A stretch of DNA of 64,000 nucleotides, taken from positions 124,001 to 188,000 of the forward strand of contig NIVC01000525.1 in the NCBI GenBank assembly GCA_002269645.1, in the 5' to 3' direction. The notes below the pieces were generated by a model, which searched no databases, was not told where the DNA came from, and worked only from the letters and a program-made list of their open reading frames with translations. This document shows, in pieces, positions 58,701-64,000 of the stretch; positions within the stretch are counted from its first letter, which is position 1, and every line of letters starts with the position of its first letter. The stretch comes from Macrostomum lignano (lineage: Eukaryota). A program made the position numbers and the translations under genes.

Positions 58701-61122
58701 AATTCACGGGACAAGCGAGCGTAATTCAATGTACCTGTGTGTATATGGGATAAATGAGCCTTCAGAGACATAAGCGGAACCGAAGTCTACAGCCCTTGAA
58801 AACTAAATGACAGGATATGGCTCGACTAATGGATTGAGGTGTCGGATCGGCAAAAATGGCCTCGAAAGTGCTAAATTAGGTGTCTGGAGGCGCCAAAAGT
58901 TGTCTGAAATGGCGCCAAGTTAGTTGTCAGTAGGCGCCACTGAAGGTGCCAGGAGCAACAGTTGTTGTCAGGAGGCGCCACAGGTGTCAAGAGGCGCCAC
59001 AGGTGTCAGGAGGCGCCACAGGTGTCAGGAGGCGCCACAGGTGTCAGGAGGCGCCACAGGTGTCAGGAGGCGCCACATGAGGTGTCAGGAGCAACAGTAG
59101 TTGTCAGGAGGCGCCACATGAGGTGTCGGGAGCAACAGTAGTTGTCAGGAGGCGCCACATAAGGTGTCAGGAGCAACAGTAGTTGTCACGCCACAGGAGG
59201 TGCCAAGAGGCGCCACAAATTGTGTCAGGAAGCGCCACAATAGGTGCCATGAAGCATCACAGTAGGTGTCAGGAGGCGCTAAACTGGCCCCAATGGCACC
59301 AGTATAGTTTATGTCCTAAAGTTCACCTAGAAAGCTCATTTTGTACCTACCGCTATCCCGCAGTGATCGAAGGCAAAAACCTGGTCCCAATGGATCCCAA
59401 CGGCTTGGCAGATCCGTACGTGAAGCTCAAACTGCTGCCTGACGATAGCAATTCAAAGAAAAAGACCCGCGTCATCAAGGCCACGCTAAATCCCGTGTGG
59501 AATGAAAAACTGGTCTTGTGAGTACGATTTATGTTGCCGTAAATAAAGAACTAAATTGTGCTATGCATGTGAATTCGCCAATGGACATTAGCCAAGACGA
59601 TGGACATTAGCTACTAAGGTGACATGCATTAGCTACTAAGGCGATGGACATTAGCTACTAAGGCGATGGACATTAGCTACTAAGGTGACATGCATTAGCT
59701 ACTAAGGCGATGGACATTAGCTACTAAGGTGACATGCATTAGCTACTAAGACGATGGACATTAGCTACTAAGGTGACATGCATTAGCTACTAAGGTGACA
59801 TGCATTAGCTACTAAGGCGATGGACATTAGCTACTAAGGTGACATGCATTAGCTACTAAGGCGATGGACATTAGCTACTAAGGTGACATGCATTAGCTAC
59901 TAAGGCGATGGACATTAGCTACTAAGGTGACATGCATTAGCTACTAAGGCGATGGACATTAGCTACTAAGGCGATGGACATTAGCTACTAAGGTGACATG
60001 CATTAGCTACTAAGACGATGGACATTAGCTACTAAGGTGACATGCATTAGCTACTAAGACGATGGACATTAGCTACTAAGGTGACATGCATTAGCTACTA
60101 AGGTGACATACATTAGCTACTAAGGCGATGGACATTAGCTACTAAGGTGACATGCATTAGCTACTAAGGCGATGGACATTAGCTACTAAGGTGACATGCA
60201 TTAGCTACTAAGGCGATGGACATTAGCTACTAAGGTGACATGCATTAGCTACTAAGGCGATGGACATTAGCTACTAAGGTGACATGCATTAGCTACTAGT
60301 ACTAAGGCGATGGACATTAGCTACTAAGGTGACATGCATTAGCTACTAAGACGATGGACATTAGCTACTAAGGTGACATGCATTAGCTACTAAGGCGATG
60401 GACATTAGCTACTAAGGCGATGGACATTAGCTACTAAGGTGACATGCATTAGCTACTAAGGCGATGGACATTAGCTACTAAGGTGACATGCATTAGCTAC
60501 TAAGGCGATGGACATTAGCTACTAAGGTGACATGCATTAGCTACTAAGGCGATGGACATTAGCTACTAAGGCGATGGACATTAGCTACTAAGGTGACATG
60601 CATTAGCTACTAAGGCGATGGACATTAGCTACTAAGGTGACATGCATTAGCTACTAAGGCGATGGAAATTTAGTTTGTACAATATTCGATATCTATTGAA
60701 GCAAGCAGCTTCGCTTTTTTACTTTTTGCAAACACGATTTCGAACTTTCGCCGGCTCCAGCAAATTTAGAACATTCCAGACCAAGTTTTTGTCCGCAATG
60801 ATTTATGACCGAATCCGTTTTGCTTTACGAGCGATACCGTACGCTTCCCTACAAGCCTTCATGTTTTTCTATGCATTTTTATCTGTACAGCGACCTTCGG
60901 AAGGAGGACTTCGGCAAGAGGCTCTCAATCGAGGTGTGGGACTGGGATCGGACCTCACGCAACGACTTCATGGGCGCCATGAGCTTCGGGATCAGCGAGC
61001 TGGTCAAAGCCCCGGTTACCGGCTGGTTTAAGCTGCTCAATCAGGAGGAGGGCGAGTTCTACAACATACCCTGTCCTGATGAGATCACAGCCAATGTGCA
61101 GGAGCTGCGCACCAAGTTTGAG
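52751..61122 (+). CDS. PKC: Conventional protein kinase C, regulatory half (299 aa); exons 52751-52908, 53642-53673, 53758-53840, 53970-54078, 54651-54779, 59364-59517, 60891-61122; kinase domain lies beyond or is unresolved
   Basis: Pseudosubstrate [12 protein letters not shown]; C1[18 protein letters not shown]; C1[18 protein letters not shown]; C2 [28 protein letters not shown]. All introns GT-AG, phases consistent. Confidence 0.95.
54875..55107. repeat. 23-bp minisatellite (CTCGTCTATATTATGGCGCCCAT)n
   Basis: Direct. Confidence 0.92.
55830..56179 (+). mobile_element. 3' part of a hAT (Charlie-like) MITE with AG-rich interior
   Basis: Ends GGCCCGTGGGCCGAAGTTTGCCGACCCCTG, the inverse of the CAGGGGTCGGCAAACT at ~7845, which is likewise followed by an AG-rich tract. 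Confidence 0.6.
56694..56975. repeat. 16-bp minisatellite (GAAGTTTCGAGCTTGT)n
   Basis: Direct. Confidence 0.92.
57783..58388. repeat. 21-bp minisatellite (GAGGCTGGTTGGGGCAGTTTT)n
   Basis: Direct. Confidence 0.93.
58965..59280. repeat. ~19-bp and longer variant repeats (CAGGTGTCAGGAGGCGCCA)
   Basis: Direct, heterogeneous. Confidence 0.8.
59585..60667. repeat. 22-bp minisatellite with A/B alternation (CATTAGCTACTAAGGTGACATG / CATTAGCTACTAAGGCGATGGA)
   Basis: Direct. Confidence 0.95.
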
Positions 61123-61129
61123 GTTAGCT

Positions 61130-61300
61130 GGCATCCCGATGCATCCCACCATTCTGATCCCATCATGCCGGTTCGATCCCATTATCCCGATTCGATCCCA
61201 TCATCCCGATTCGATCCCATCATCCCGATTCGATCCCATCATCCCGATTTGATCCCACCATCTTGACGATTTGATCCCACCACCCCGGTTTAATCCCAAT
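61130..61300. repeat. 19-bp degenerate repeat (CCCATCATCCCGATTCGAT)n
   Basis: Begins ~8 nt after the PKC exon-7 donor. Confidence 0.75.
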
Positions 61301-62402
61301 ATCCTGAATATTTTTACTCCATCACCCCGAATTCAAGCCCATCCCTATTTAATCCTAACCACTATAGTTTAGCGCTATAGTTAAGCTACGAGCAGCTGCT
61401 CAGAGTCAAATGATGCTGGCAGCTGGACCAGTCTGAGGATCAGAGGCGATAAAACTAAATTGGGCATTTGGTCATAGCAGCCAAGGAAGAGTTTAGTAGA
61501 AGGAAATGCTTTTTTGGAGCTAGGCTTGCATAAATCAGAATCGCTTTTTGGGGATAAATTTGTGGCAGTATATGCTTCTCTCCTCGCTCATTCCTCGCTG
61601 TTACCCCGGTATCACACTCCCAACGCGTGATAGCAGAAGCAGCAGCGGAGGCTGAGAGCAGGGAGAACATTTTAGAAGATAGGAAAATGGGTGGAGGCGG
61701 TGGCGCGAGCTGCTTGACAGGGGCAGGGAGGCCTCGATACTGACAAAAGCGCGGGGAACAGGATGAATTCTCGGAGATTTTCCCATCTGTCCGGGCCTTT
61801 CTCTCTTTTTTTCTCGTCTCCACTGTCTCACCGGGTCTCGCATCCATACCACCACTTGCCGGGGTGAGGGGGGATGCTGCCGCGAGTACTGCAATCTTCT
61901 GTAGTCCCTGAGCAGGCTATAGAGCTATATTCCTTCTATCCTGGCATTGTCGCGTGGCCCTGCCTGCTTGCCTATTCCCCCCAGCTTGGCTGGCTGTCTT
62001 TCAAAATTAGAAGCGAAAATGATGATGACTTACCTAGGCGGGGTCGGTATGGGGATGGTTATTCATTTTTTTGCGAATATATTATTGCTTATCGAGTTTG
62101 CCACGCCCCGGCTGTTAATATCTTTCTGTTTAATCTGATATGAGAATATCAGTTTGGAATACATATTTAATAGCTTATCTAGACTCTCCCTAACTGCTAG
62201 GCTTCTTCTCAAGGTGACAAAAAAGCTTTTAAGCGACAGCAACTCCAGTTTTCTGGCAGTTAGCTGACAAATGTATCTTTATCCCTTATAGGCCCCGGCC
62301 TACTTTACCGCCCCCTGGCAACGCTCTTCCATCTCCTTGCCAGCCACAAAAACCAAACACTGGATTGCCGCCATCTCCCTCAGAACCAGCCGCATTTTCA
62401 GT

Positions 62403-63113
62403 CAACTGTAGGCTGACAACTGTAGTCTGTAGGCTGACAACTGTAGTCTGTAGGCTGACAACTGTAGTCTGTAGGCTGACAACTGTAGTCTGTAGGCTGA
62501 CAACTGTAGTCTGTAGGCTGACAACTGTAGTCTGTAGGCTGACAACTGTAGTCTGTAGGCTGACAACTGTAGTCTGTAGGCTGACAACTGTAGTCTGTAG
62601 GCTGACAACTGTAGTCTGTAGGCTGACAACTGTAGTCTGTAGGCTGACAACTGTAGTCTGTAGGCTGACAACTGTAGTCTGTAGGCTGACAACTGTAGTC
62701 TGTAGGCTGACAACTATATAGTCTGTAGGCTGACAACTGTAGTCTGTAGGTTGACAACTGTAGTCTGTAGGCTGACAACTGTAGTCTGTAGGCTGACAAC
62801 TGTAGTCTGTAGGCTGACAACTGTAGTCTGTAGGCTGACAACTGTAGTCTGTAGGCTGACAACTGTAGTCTGTAGGCTGACAACTGTAGTCTGTAGGCTG
62901 ACAACTGTAGTCTGTAGGCTGACAACTATATAGTCTGTAGGCTGACAACTGTAGTCTGTAGGTTGACAACTGTAGTCTGTAGGCTGACTAGTGAAGGCTG
63001 TAGGCTGACAACTATATATAGTCTGTAGGCTGACAACTGTAGTCTGTAGGCTGACAACTGTAGTCTGTAGGCTGACAACTGTAGTCTGTAGGCTGACAAC
63101 TGTAGTCTGTAGG
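62403..63113. repeat. 21-bp minisatellite (TGTAGGCTGACAACTGTAGTC)n
   Basis: Direct. Confidence 0.95.
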
Positions 63114-64000
63114 TTACGTGAAATTTCACTCTAGGCTACGAGTAGTCTCGGCAAAAGTTTTAAAAGCGAAATAATTTTAAATATCTCTATGTAGAGGTAA
63201 AAAAGTTGCGTAAAAGCTTCATTTTGTGCTGCAAAATTCTTGTCTGTAGAAAATGCAACTACGAGCTCGTAGGTCTGTGTTTTAAAAAACCTTTTTGGCT
63301 TCAATACTAAAGACTTACGAGCTATTCTGCTTTTGTTAATGAACAACAAGTTTACAAAAAAATCCTGACCTATGTTTTTTTATCCCAACACGCCCCATAA
63401 GTCAGTGTCATTGTTAACGTAATCTATCATTCAATAAGGCATTGGTCAGACTAAAGTAAAAAATCTGTTTTGTATGCAAAACAAAAAACAGTCTACAGTA
63501 GTCAGCCTCAAGTTGTCTGAAACTGTGGATGGTTTTGGGGAAGGTTCTGCAGTAGTCAGCCTCAAGTTGTCTGAAACTGTGGATGCTTTTGGGGAAGGTT
63601 CTGCTTCTGGGCCTCCTTGGCCTAGCCAATATCCTTGGCTTCTGTCTCTCTGTTCCTCTCGGCTCCATCTCTCTCTCTCCCCGGCTACGGTATCTCAGCA
63701 TTTGAGCACCTGGACCGTCAAACCAGCCTGCCCCATCGCCGCATCCCCACCTTCCCTCACCGCCTCTTCCGCTCCCAGGCCTGGGCCTCGGCTTCCACCA
63801 CCTTGCTGGCAGGCAGGCAGCTCCAGAAGCCTCCCGCACTATTGCCTGAGATATTACCCCCCCCCTACTTATCCTTCTTATTTTTTCTGTCCCCGCGTGT
63901 CTCGTTCGCTCGGTTTCACCCGTTATTGTCTGTCTGCTCTGCTGCCAGTGTCTATTCTAGCTAGCAATATAGCATTCTCTGTTTGCCCGGCTTCTCTTGC

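Noticed and set aside
62290-62402. Pro-rich candidate PKC hinge exon
   Set aside because: The attractive frame is not in phase with exon 7 (phase 0) and the phase-0 frame stops; unresolved without transcripts.

Overview
Eukaryotic (animal) genomic DNA with GC-rich exons and introns filled by locus-specific minisatellites. This architecture suggests a free-living flatworm such as Macrostomum, but that is inference only. Host genes assembled by hand from splice sites: 5' end of SLC35B2/PAPST1 (- strand), STK19 (3 exons), TMEM11 (2 exons), a near-complete SERCA Ca2+-ATPase and the regulatory half (C1A-C1B-C2) of a conventional PKC. The SERCA gene has two GC-AG introns and a tandem pair of 134-nt mutually exclusive exons. 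Mobile DNA: a full-length but decayed Ty3/gypsy LTR retrotransposon (18745-26554, ATCG target-site duplication, tRNA-His PBS), two Tc1/mariner derivatives, hAT MITE ends, a tRNA-derived SINE, an RTE-like LINE fragment and a probable Helitron-type end. The most striking feature is in the env position of the LTR element. Instead of env it carries an intronless HPD-containing J-domain (Hsp40) ORF with a SUMO-interacting-motif-like tail, joined by an ATGA stop-start overlap to a ~439-codon ORF of unknown function. This may be a retrotransposon-encoded Hsp70 co-chaperone/anti-silencing module. All homology calls are from motif recognition, not database searches.
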